The notes beneath the pieces are model-generated. The model was given only the letters and a program-made list of their open reading frames with translations. It did not search any database and was not told the DNA's origin. A stretch of 64,000 nt of DNA from the IMG/VR virus record IMGVR_UViG_3300005253_000164; one strand, given 5' to 3'. Each line of letters begins with the position of its first letter. Positions within the stretch are counted from its first letter, which is position 1. Both the position numbers and the translations under genes were made by a program. Positions 40,204 through 51,700 of this stretch are shown here, one piece after another. The stretch comes from an uncultured virus (IMG/VR IMGVR_UViG_3300005253_000164) (Duplodnaviria; Heunggongvirae; Uroviricota; Caudoviricetes).

Positions 40204-41217
40204 ATGCAAATAAGACGGATAGGTATAACTTTCTTACTAGTTTTGTTAATGACACTTGTAGGAACGAATTCTATCGGGCTTGTGAGTGGTGCAAGTCGTC
40301 AGAGTGATACAGCAACAACTCCAAATGGAACTGAATATTTTCTTACTGTGACTGGTAGGAACACTACATTCGCCAATAACTCTATGAACTCATTTATGGT
40401 GTCTGTTGATGTTATCTCTTTTGGAGAAAACGTATCTTCGTGGTATGATGTCCGATTGGGTTTCAGATTAAGAAATGAAGCTCTTGGGTGGTCATATTAT
40501 ATGGCAAGTGATAATACTGCTATAGTCAATAGAAATCAACCTTGGTTTGATTTTGTGTTTGAAGTATACGTGAATGCCACATTTCCTAGTCAGTTCAATA
40601 TTTCTCTGGGAGTTAGATTTACAGAAAATTTACCTGCTAATGACTATAAAACTTCAAATTGGTGGAGTAATATTTTAACTATAGATGTAAGTAATGTCGC
40701 CAATCCTCTTACTCCTCCCACATCTAGAACCCCCCCAACTGTAACTGTGAATGAAACAATATTCGCTCCTCATTTTAAAATATCACCCGAAGATAAATTA
40801 TCAGATATTAATACTCTTTACAATGTTAGTTGGCAACTATTTGCCAGTCATCCATACAAATATCGAGTTAATGTTACTAATAATATACTAGGCAGGTTAA
40901 CTATAGATACAGGTTCATGGGTAGATGGACAAATTTTTACATATTTCGCTCCAATACAAGCACAAGGCAATGGCACTTACTATTATACATTAGAAGCTAA
41001 CGATGATTATGGGAACTATTTTCAAGACACTATAAGAGTTGCAGTTCTAAATGTGACCAGATACAATGAATTATATCCAGACTTAATTAATGATCTAGGT
41101 GCAGATCTTGGAGGAGTAGATCAATTTCAAGCTCCTTTCCCATTTATACCAACAATAATAGGAATATTTTTGTTAGGCATTACTTATAGAAAGAAAACTA
41201 CAATTAGTTCTCTTTAA
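40204..41217 (+). CDS. Surface glycoprotein with C-terminal TM anchor
   Basis: Signal peptide, many N-X-S/T, Pro/Thr linker, QFQAPFPFIPTIIGIFLLGITYRKK. Confidence 0.8.
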   Translation: MQIRRIGITFLLVLLMTLVGTNSIGLVSGASRQSDTATTPNGTEYFLTVTGRNTTFANNSMNSFMVSVDVISFGENVSSWYDVRLGFRLRNEALGWSYYMASDNTAIVNRNQPWFDFVFEVYVNATFPSQFNISLGVRFTENLPANDYKTSNWWSNILTIDVSNVANPLTPPTSRTPPTVTVNETIFAPHFKISPEDKLSDINTLYNVSWQLFASHPYKYRVNVTNNILGRLTIDTGSWVDGQIFTYFAPIQAQGNGTYYYTLEANDDYGNYFQDTIRVAVLNVTRYNELYPDLINDLGADLGGVDQFQAPFPFIPTIIGIFLLGITYRKKTTISSL

Positions 41218-41241
41218 TTTGTAGTCGGGTGGATTTAAAAA

Positions 41242-44200
41242 TTGAATAAAATTACTACAAAAAAAATAAGGTCTTTATTAATAATTTCAATTTTATCTCT
41301 TGCTTTAATTCCAGTTGATCAAAGAGGAGGTTCCGTATTAAGCAATCTATTCGATTTAGACCCACCTATTCAACGAGCAAGTGCTGTCCCCTCTGTTTCT
41401 ATTGTATCGAGTCCAACTGCTGCCACTTGTTTTAATGGCAATACCAATATTTTATGCGAACCAGGAGATACAGTGGTTATTACTGCAACTCTTTCACCAG
41501 ACGATCCTTGTTTTACTACTATTGATGTAAAGTTTTACAGGATGGGTAGTTTAAGATATACTGATACTGCATCTCCTTGGACTTTTAATGATGCCATGTT
41601 GAGTAATAACCCAACAAATTATCGAGCAAAATATACGTGTGATACAGGCGGGGGGGCGGCATCTTATTGGTCAAGTTATATATATTTTTATCCTTACATT
41701 TCAAATGTTTCCCCAACAATTACAGATCCAACAACACCTGTAACTCAAGAGTATGCCACAACAGGAACTTTTGGAATTACATGGAATGTGGCTGATACAG
41801 ATGGCAATCTTGACTGGATCGCAGTAGACGATGCAGCAGGAGGCTATGATTATTCAAGTGGCGGTGCTTATTTTTACGATGGTACTATAAGTGGTTCATC
41901 TGATAGTATGATTACTACTTGGAATAAAGACGACTGGTTAGGTACTAAAACATTCAGAGGACGAGTAGCAGATACAGATGCAGCAACAGATACAAGTGTA
42001 AATGTTGTTGTCAATATTTTTGATACAACAGATCCAAGTGTTACTAGTACACCATCAAATTTAAATTGTGAATATGCTTCAAGTGGAACTTGCACAGTTG
42101 GTAATTGGGCAGCAACAGACTTTCTGCCTTCCCAATACAAAATTCAACGTAAAGCAGGTTCGGGAGGAAACTATGCAGATGTCAGATCGCTCACTACTTG
42201 GGTTAGTGGGAATTCATATACTTTCGATCATCCCAAAAATTTAGCTATTGGAATAGTATATTATTATAAAGCATATTTCATTGACACTTCTACAAACGAT
42301 GTCTGGAGTGGTCAAACATTAGTTACTCAACAAGATACAACAGATCCAACTCAAACAGCTAGACCTGCAACTCCAAGTAACGTAGAATATAACCCAAGTG
42401 GTTCTACAACTTTAACTTTTTGGACAGGTGATGATGAACTACCTTCACAATATCGAATTATGCGAAAATTTGATGCAGGTAGCTATGCCGAGTTAGTCAC
42501 ATGGGCTTCATGGACAACAACTACACAACAAATAACCTATCCCCATCCAAATAATCTAGCATTAGGAACATACAAATATAGAATTGAATGGAAGGATACC
42601 AGTGGTAATACTTATACTAGCACAGCTCTAGAAATCACAGTCAATCAACAAGATACAACCAATCCAGTGGTAACAGTTGCACAGAATGATATTGGTGTTG
42701 AATATGCTGCAAGTGGGACAACCCAATTATCTTGGACAGCAACCGATTTATTAGCAGATGACTATCAAATTGAACGACAACTCAACGGAGGGGGGTATGC
42801 AGTAATAGTTGCCTATGGCAATGGTTGGACATCTGGGGTTGCCACTACTTATGAACATTCAGATAATATCGCTTTGGGGACTTATGATTATCGTATCACC
42901 TTCAAAGACACAACTCCAAACACAATAACAGATATTGCAATAGTAACTCAACAGGATACCACCAATCCAGTAATGACAGTTATTCCAGACGATAAAACTC
43001 TTGAATATGCTCCTGTTGGGAGTAACCAATTTCAATGGAGGGCAACAGACTTATTAGCAGATGATTACCAGATAGAAAGAGAATTTAACGGAGAAGGTTA
43101 TTCTGTGATAAGGGCTTATGGCAATGGCTGGACAAGTGGACAGTTAATGGCTTGGAACCACGAACTCAACTTAGCAATTGGAACTTATAATTATCGTATC
43201 ACCTTCAATGATACCACAGATAACATCATAACTGATGTATTAGTGGTCACACAGCAGGACACCACTAATCCAGTTATTACAGATGCTCAAATTGATATTT
43301 CTGTAGAATATTTTATTACTGGTAGTACTCAACTCTCATGGACAGCAACCGATTATTTAGCTGATGATTATCAAATAGAGCGACAATTCAACGGAGGTGG
43401 TTATAATGTGATAGTTGCCTATGGCAATGGTTGGACATCTGGGGTTGCCATCACCTATGATCATCCAGACAACATGGCGATTGGAACTTATGATTATAGG
43501 ATCACTTTCAAGGATACAACTCCAAATATTGTACAGGACACCGCTGTAATAACTCAAATTGCGGGAGAATCCCCAACATTCACACAAACACCTAATAACG
43601 TGACATATATACATGGTAATACTTCGACAATAAATGTACAGTGGTCTTTCTCTGATAATGGTAATGTTTCTTTAGAATGGCAATTATATTATAATAATAT
43701 CACTTACACAGGAGATGGATCTGATATGACAGGTTGGACTGGATTAGGATCTTATTCTGAAATACCGTATTTAACTCCAACAGTAAAGACATTGATATAT
43801 GATGTTGGAAGTTTAACTGAAGATAGATATTTTGTAATTAGAGTTATAGATGATGCGGGATACATTGGTCTGAATGAAATTTCTGTTCTTATCTCACCTC
43901 TAATTATTGTACAACCATTTAATATTGAGGGACATGATACGGATCTAGAAATGTATTTACCTTTCGATGGTGATGTTCTTGATTATTCATTGTCTGGAAA
44001 TGATGCTTCTAATAGTGGAGCAACTTTTGTAACAGGTCAATATGGAGATGCAGCCAATTTAACTACGTCTACTGCCACTTCTATAAATTTACCAAATGCA
44101 AAATTTCCTCATTTAAATTCCTCATTTACTTGGGCTTTTTGGATGTATGTAGGTCAAAACCCATCAACATATCAAATATTTGTCAGTAAACTAGGATCAC

Positions 44201-45651
44201 CAACAGGCTTAAGATTAACTTTGTTGTCAAATGGGTTAATTGAAATGACAGCTACAAATGATGCGGGAAGCACATCATTTTCAGCAACCCCATCAATTCC
44301 TCTCGGTGAGTGGTTTCATATTGTATATACTTGGGATGGGGCTGGAACACGTAATATCTACAAAAACGGTAAATATTGGGATACTCATACTCATCCTGGA
44401 ACATATAATAACCCCTCCACCTCTTTTATGTTGGGTTATCCTAACATTCATGGTTTTGATGGTAAATTAGATGATTTCAGATTGTATTCCTCGATAAAGA
44501 ATGAATATTTCATTAAACAATTGTATCAAGAGGGTTCTCCATTAAGCGAATACTCTTCTGCTGATGAGAAATCAAAATTGGTTTTTTCTATATATGATAA
44601 TCCCCTTAATGGAACTTGGAACATTTATCGTAATGGTACTACATTAAAAGAAAATCAAATATGGAACACAACTCTTATTCTTTATGATATAACTGAAAAT
44701 GGTACGTTATTAGACGGTTTTTACAACTGGACTCTTATCGCATGGGATGATACAACTCCAACAATAAATACCACTATAATTTATTTAATCCCATATTCTA
44801 CAATAGCTCCTAATATTTACCTATCCCCCCAAAATGTTACGTATACAAATATCGCAGGGAATAAAATATCATGGAATGTGGTTGAAAACCATCCCCAAAT
44901 CTACAGAACATATTTGAACAATACAAATATTGTTAATTCTACATATAGTGAGGGCATTCCTACAATTCTGGTATTAAATAACTTACAAATCGGGATTTAT
45001 AATATAACTATTGTATTCATTGATAATGCAAATAGGTTTGATACTCATACTATGTGGTTAACACTTGTTGTTGATCAAGATGACCCAATCATTACCCAAT
45101 CACCTAAAGATACAAGATTCGCTTGGAATGCAAATAACAGCTATCTTTACTTCTCAATATACGATTTATCAAATGGGACATGGGAAATCCAACGAAATGG
45201 GACAATTGTAGATTCGGGATCTTTCTCTTCTGGCAATTTCATCATTGGTGCAAACATCTCAATAGGTTATGATATTAGTGCTACTAATGTAATATTTAAT
45301 TTCACCATCATTATTACTGATTATTTTGGGAATGAAATATTGGATCAAGTTTGGGTTTACTTTGATGATGATTTAACCAGTCCACAACTCTTAGTTACAC
45401 CAGATGATATTATTATGGTTAATGGTACTATTGGTAATATTATTAGTTGGGCTTGGTTTGATACATTTCCTAGTCATTATACTATCTCTGTCGATGGGGA
45501 ACCCATCAATAGTAATTATACTTGGTCTAATTCCGATTCGATTTATTTTAACTTAGATTATTTATCTGTTGGATCCTATATTGTCGTAATAACCGTATAT
45601 GACACCACATACGACACAAACACAGATAGTGTAAATGTAGAAGTATTTTAA
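41242..45651 (+). CDS. Large secreted adhesin: Ig-like repeats plus LamG/ConA-like domain
   Basis: Signal peptide; DTT(D/N)P-delimited repeats of about 101 aa; YLPFDG...WFHIVYTWD...FDGKLDDFRLY LamG signature. Confidence 0.8.
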   Translation: MNKITTKKIRSLLIISILSLALIPVDQRGGSVLSNLFDLDPPIQRASAVPSVSIVSSPTAATCFNGNTNILCEPGDTVVITATLSPDDPCFTTIDVKFYRMGSLRYTDTASPWTFNDAMLSNNPTNYRAKYTCDTGGGAASYWSSYIYFYPYISNVSPTITDPTTPVTQEYATTGTFGITWNVADTDGNLDWIAVDDAAGGYDYSSGGAYFYDGTISGSSDSMITTWNKDDWLGTKTFRGRVADTDAATDTSVNVVVNIFDTTDPSVTSTPSNLNCEYASSGTCTVGNWAATDFLPSQYKIQRKAGSGGNYADVRSLTTWVSGNSYTFDHPKNLAIGIVYYYKAYFIDTSTNDVWSGQTLVTQQDTTDPTQTARPATPSNVEYNPSGSTTLTFWTGDDELPSQYRIMRKFDAGSYAELVTWASWTTTTQQITYPHPNNLALGTYKYRIEWKDTSGNTYTSTALEITVNQQDTTNPVVTVAQNDIGVEYAASGTTQLSWTATDLLADDYQIERQLNGGGYAVIVAYGNGWTSGVATTYEHSDNIALGTYDYRITFKDTTPNTITDIAIVTQQDTTNPVMTVIPDDKTLEYAPVGSNQFQWRATDLLADDYQIEREFNGEGYSVIRAYGNGWTSGQLMAWNHELNLAIGTYNYRITFNDTTDNIITDVLVVTQQDTTNPVITDAQIDISVEYFITGSTQLSWTATDYLADDYQIERQFNGGGYNVIVAYGNGWTSGVAITYDHPDNMAIGTYDYRITFKDTTPNIVQDTAVITQIAGESPTFTQTPNNVTYIHGNTSTINVQWSFSDNGNVSLEWQLYYNNITYTGDGSDMTGWTGLGSYSEIPYLTPTVKTLIYDVGSLTEDRYFVIRVIDDAGYIGLNEISVLISPLIIVQPFNIEGHDTDLEMYLPFDGDVLDYSLSGNDASNSGATFVTGQYGDAANLTTSTATSINLPNAKFPHLNSSFTWAFWMYVGQNPSTYQIFVSKLGSPTGLRLTLLSNGLIEMTATNDAGSTSFSATPSIPLGEWFHIVYTWDGAGTRNIYKNGKYWDTHTHPGTYNNPSTSFMLGYPNIHGFDGKLDDFRLYSSIKNEYFIKQLYQEGSPLSEYSSADEKSKLVFSIYDNPLNGTWNIYRNGTTLKENQIWNTTLILYDITENGTLLDGFYNWTLIAWDDTTPTINTTIIYLIPYSTIAPNIYLSPQNVTYTNIAGNKISWNVVENHPQIYRTYLNNTNIVNSTYSEGIPTILVLNNLQIGIYNITIVFIDNANRFDTHTMWLTLVVDQDDPIITQSPKDTRFAWNANNSYLYFSIYDLSNGTWEIQRNGTIVDSGSFSSGNFIIGANISIGYDISATNVIFNFTIIITDYFGNEILDQVWVYFDDDLTSPQLLVTPDDIIMVNGTIGNIISWAWFDTFPSHYTISVDGEPINSNYTWSNSDSIYFNLDYLSVGSYIVVITVYDTTYDTNTDSVNVEVF
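42646..43554 (+). repeat. Three 303-nt intragenic tandem repeats, with diverged copies upstream
   Basis: QQDTTNPV units start at 42646, 42949 and 43252. Confidence 0.85.
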
Positions 45652-45754
45652 TATAGATCACTAACTAAAAATAAGATTTAAAATACAAACTAACAACAAT
45701 ATTCAATACCTATGTGTCTTTAATTACAACTTAGATAAACAAGGTTAAATTACT

Positions 45755-48700
45755 ATGATTGCCCAAAAACATAATAAAATCATCTCTCTTCTTTTAATTA
45801 TTCTCTTTTCAGCAATAATCGTTCCGAGTGAATTTATTCCAGATAAATTAATTTCAAATTCATTAAATGACAGTCAGTCAGAGATTGACGAGGGCTTACC
45901 ATCATTTTTAAATGATTTAAACAATAATGATGCTTTAGCACCCGATATAAATAAAACCTCATTACAAAAAAATAGTATGGTAAATAATCCTAGTGTATAT
46001 CCAACTAGTAATTTATTGGTATCTGATACTATTGCGAATACATGGTATAATGGGGAAAAAATAAAAGTTGATTTTAATTCAAAAAACAATACTGTAAAAT
46101 CATTAGATTTTTCCACCAAAACAGATTTTGATTTTTTATTGGAATGGGGATCAACTGGAACAGGTGATAGTGAATTCGATGTCCCTTATTTTATAGATGT
46201 AGATAGTACAGGTAATGTTTACGTAGCAGATATGATTAATGATCGAGTACAGAAATTTGATAGCACAGGAACTTTTTTACTAGAATGGGGAACTCCAGGA
46301 ACAGGCGATGGTCAGTTTGGTACTAACAGTCCTCAAGGTATCGCAGTTGATAGTTTTGGTGATGTTTATGTAACCGATCCCACAAATGATCGAATACAGA
46401 AGTTTAATAATACAGGTACTTACCTTTCACAATTTGGAACAGGTGGAACAGGTAATGGTCAATTTGACCTCCCAGGAGGGATCGCAGTTGATAGTTCTGG
46501 GAATATATATGTGGCTGATACTTACAATCACAGAGTACAGATATTTAATTCCACTCATGATTATATATCACTATTCGGATCATCTGGATCTGGGGATGGT
46601 CAATTTAGCTATCCTTTAGATATTGCTGTGGATAGCCTTGCAAATATTTATGTAGTAGATACAGTAAATCACAGAGTACAGAAATTTAATTCTACTAATG
46701 ATTATGTGTCACAATTCGGATCACAGGGGACAGGTGATGCTGAATTTGACTTTCCTCAAAGTATTGCAATCGATGTTAGTGGTAATTTGTATGTTGTTGA
46801 CGCACAAAACAATCGAATACAAAAATTTGATAGTTCTGCTACGTACTTATCGCAATTTGGACAAGGACCTATTGGTGGTGGTGGAACAGGAGAAGGTGAA
46901 TTTGATGGGCCTCAAAGTGTAGCTGTAGCTATAAATGGTGACATATATGTGGTAGATCAAAGTAATGATAGGATACAAAAATTTGGACAAACAGTAACAG
47001 CAACAACTCCTCTTGGAGAACTACCTTTTAGTTCAATAATTGTAGATGCTGCTAGAGCTAATGGGACTATTAGTGAAACAGTGGATTTAGGTTTTACTTA
47101 TTATGATTTAGTAAACCCTAGTGAGTTAGGAATTATTTTTTCATGGTCAACTAAAAAATCTGCAATTTATACTCCTATATTTACTCCTCAAGAACTATCA
47201 TTATCAGTGGATCCCAATGCCATTTATTCTGCAAGTGAACTAAAAATCACACTAACATTTACGTATAGTGGGCAAGGAGGTTTCACTGCTGAAATATCTG
47301 CTTTTGACACAGGCTTAAATCAACTCATATCAACGTCAACAACTAGTGGTGTTGATTATTTTGCATTTGATAATTCTATTATTAAAATAGATTCCGTATG
47401 GGCAAAATCACCTCAATTCAGTGCTGATATTCCTTCTCAATTCAAATATACTTCCAATTATGAATCCATAATCCATGTAATCAATGTTGCAGTATTCGAT
47501 TATAGAATCCCTCTAGAAATCTATGCCCCGCTTAATTGGACTTACTCTAGTATTAACCCATCCGCAATTATAACATACAATCCCACTGACAACACTTATG
47601 AGGCAACTAATACAGTACCAACCACTTATGAAATTACTTTTACATCGGGTAATAATTACTCCATGGCTATTGAAGATCGCAAAGATCTACTAAAAAGCCC
47701 TAGCTTCGAAGATAATTTTGATGATTGGGAAGAATCTACAACCAACCCTTTCGATACAATAGAACGACAAACTCAAATTGTATCTAATGGTATTTTTGCC
47801 CTAAATCTAACTGATTCCAATAGTTTTGGTGAACTTTTATTCAAACCTAGTGGTAATAATTTTTCTGATGGCACTTATTATATTAGTTTTGATTATTATG
47901 TCATAGATCTCCCAGAAGATGATTATTATTTTATATACAAAGAAAATGGGACTCTGATCTCCAATTCATTACCAACAACTCTTAATCGTTGGCATAAACT
48001 GTATTATGAAATACAATTATCTGATGGTATTATTAATCTTGTAAAATTGTCTTTCCAATCTGCTTCTGGATCTTATCATGTATTAATCGATAATGTTTTT
48101 GTTGGCAAAAATTCTCAAACAGTAATTACAAAAAATGCTTCGGAATATGTTTTTAGTGCTTATTTTATGAGATGGGATGGCTATGGCAATCCAATCTTCC
48201 CATATGTTACTGTTGACCTATCCTTGACAGATGTATTTGGTACTGAAATTTTTAATACAACTGTCTCTACTAATCAACTAGGATATTCTGAATACACTTA
48301 TTCTGGGGTTATAAGCGAGCAAAACTATTTCGTTAATTGGACAAGCCTTGAATCGGGATGGGTAAACTCACAAATCGAATCAATATTACCCCAACTGGCT
48401 TCTAAAACCTCTATTAGAGATTTTGATTTTTCTGAAGAGTCAATTGAAACAATGATTAATTTAGATGCTGATACTACTTCCTTTGAAGATAATTTATTGA
48501 ATATAACTTCAACAGGTGGTGATTATTGGGGGTTTTATAATACTTTTACAACAACAAATAAAGATTATTCCATATCTGCCAAAATGCAAAGGACAGGTGG
48601 AACCAACTCTTTCATGGGGATTACATTCTTTGATACCCCTGGAACGTCATTATCAGATGATGTGTTTTTAATTAGACCTGGTTCGTTTGATACTATTTTA

Positions 48701-51700
48701 CGAGTTGATGGAATTGAAACAAATCCAGTTCTACAAACTTTCTCTGATACTTGGTATAATATACGTGCAGATGTTACTGAAACTCAAGTAAAAGTGTATG
48801 TTAACAACATCCTCATTGCTACTAGAATAAATACTAATTCTAGAACTAATCCATCAATGGGATTATATGGTTTCGATTCTAATGCTCAAGTAGATTTTAT
48901 TAGATATTCAATGCTAAGCAACCCCGATCTTCTTATTGCTGAAACCGAAACTTATTCTAATTCATTGAATAATTCGTTAATAAATAGTGTTTATTCAGAT
49001 AATAATTATTTGGGGCAATATACCGATCTTACCTTGATTCCATTGAACCTTACTGGTGGATCCCATAATCTAACCATTCTCCCCACAAAAAATGTTGTTG
49101 ATGGATTATATACTCCCGAATATTCAGCAGTTTCAACCTATACATATACAATTAGTGAAGGTGGTCCATTCCTCGTTAATGTGCAATCATTCTCTCTTTC
49201 TGATAATTATGTACAAACATTTGTATCAGCAACCAAGGATGGAACCTATACTGTTTATGAGAACAATACCAATATTGGATCTGGTAATTTTGTATTGAGT
49301 GGAACCGCTATTCAATCAATAAGAGAGAATGAACTAGGTGTTCTAGTATTCTATGCTCTCAAATTCCAAAATGATACTGACGTGATCTGGTTCAATACTA
49401 CCTATTCAAATGCTGCACTAGCGACTCCACCCGAAGGACAACCACCAGTATTTATTGGGGTATGGTACGAGGGCGAGACAATTCATATTATTGACAGTCT
49501 ATACAATACTTTTGACATCAAATCATATTATGTTTATGTTAACGAATTTATTATCAAACATGTTGTCTGGGCAATCCCAACAAATAATCTTGATTGGCTA
49601 GAATTCTCATTGCCGACACACTGGTCCAATGTCAGCTTAAATATTATTGAAACCTCTTTGGGTGATAATACTAATAACAATTATAATTACACAACAATCT
49701 ATGCAGGAGCAGATTACGTTCTTACTGCTTATTCGGGAGAAGGTTATGGATATGATTACGCAAGACAAAAACAAATTCTCGCAATTGAAGATATTTCAAG
49801 CGATTATTTAACTGATCCAGGATTTGAAACAGGATTTAGTGATTGGTTTGGGGGTATAGCTGAACCATTTACAACTATTTCTATTAATTCCTCCATTGTC
49901 TATGATGGTTCTTTTAGTTTAAGATTAGACCAACAAAATTCATATTATGCTTATCTGAACAAAATAACAATTTTAGATGCAGGTGAATATTATATTAGTT
50001 TTGCATACTATATTGAAAGTATAGATTTTACATTTAAAATTTATACCTACAATGGTGGATGGGATATAATGGATGTTGCAAGTGCATCAAACGTATTGAA
50101 TAGGTGGAATACATTTAATTCGTTTATTACTTTAGATGGAGATACTGACGGACTTAATCGTCAAATAATATTAAATTTTGACGATCCAACTGCAAACGGT
50201 GTAATTTTCATTGATAATATTCGTCTTTGGAAAGCATCTGGGTCTATTGAAAATACTGCCTATTCAGAGAATACGTTCTCTGCACAATTTATCTCATGGG
50301 ACGGATATATGAATCCAACTCTATCAGACATTGATGTGGAGTGGAGTTTAAGAGACAGAACTGCAGACACAGAAATAATCTCACAATCACTGACCACAGA
50401 TGAGTATGGTATTGCCAGTTATACTTTCAAGGGAACTTTGGAACCAAAAGAATACACTAATGAATGGTGGTCTTGGTATGGGTTAGATTACTCTTTGCAG
50501 GAATTGGGTGATTATTGGGATTTTGATGAGGATATTGATAGTTGGCAAAATGCTAATAATTATGCAATAAGTAATGTGGATGGTACTATGGTTGGTGAAG
50601 CCACAACAGTTGGAGCAATTCATAGGGGTGGGTTAACAATTGATGCCGATATATATGATAAATTCTCATTTTATATGAACTCAAATATTAGTAGCGGATC
50701 ATATATTTCTTACTTATATTTTACAGCTTTAGGATATACTGAAGTGGTAGACATATTAGATATCTCAACAACATATTCCCTAATATCATTTGATTTATCT
50801 TCTGATTTAATTATACCTAATTGGAATGGTAGCATGTCAACCAGTGTTGGATTAAGAATAAACACACCAAATCCAATAAAAGTGACATTCGATTATATCA
50901 AACTTACAATGGCACAAAAATCATATTTCACCCCTATAAGTGCAGGATCAGCCCCTTATTCCTATGAGACTAAATATGATGGGTCTGATAATTATTTTGA
51001 TTTCTCTGAGGGAACTGAAAACACTGAAAGTAATGTGGGATCAACTATTGTTAATGAGAATGGCTATCTTAATGTTTCAGATAGTTCAATCCTTACTGCC
51101 TTCTTTGGAGGCATCAGTGTTATATCAGTTGATGCTGATTTTTATAATGTTATCCAAATTAGAATAAGGACTCCAAACACAGCAGGTTTGGGTTTGGGTT
51201 TCTTATTTTTTAATGGTGCAACTGCAATAACTGATACAAAATCCCTCGCAGCAAATGATACATGGTATACTTTAGAATTTCCAACCAATTCTGATTGGTC
51301 ATCAACAGAGACAAACATAGAATTTTATGCATACGCTATAACTGGTATTACAATAATCTTCAATATTGATTATATTCATTTAGTACACAAAACCCAAGAT
51401 AGTGGATATTCATTTGACTTCAATGAAGAATGGGGTGATATTGATGAATCAATAGGATTCAATGGTTGGACAACATTATATGATGGAGCAAGAGAATCAC
51501 TCACAATCGAAAATGGTGTAGTTGATCTTGCGATCACAAATAATTGGGGGGGTATGGTATATATTTTTGATGAAGCTCAACCATTGACAACATCAATTGG
51601 ATTTGAGGTTAAAATAAAACATATCTCTGGTGTTGATAGTCTATCATTTGAATTCAAATCTGATGGAATAAATATCAAATACTTGACAATCACAAGTATG

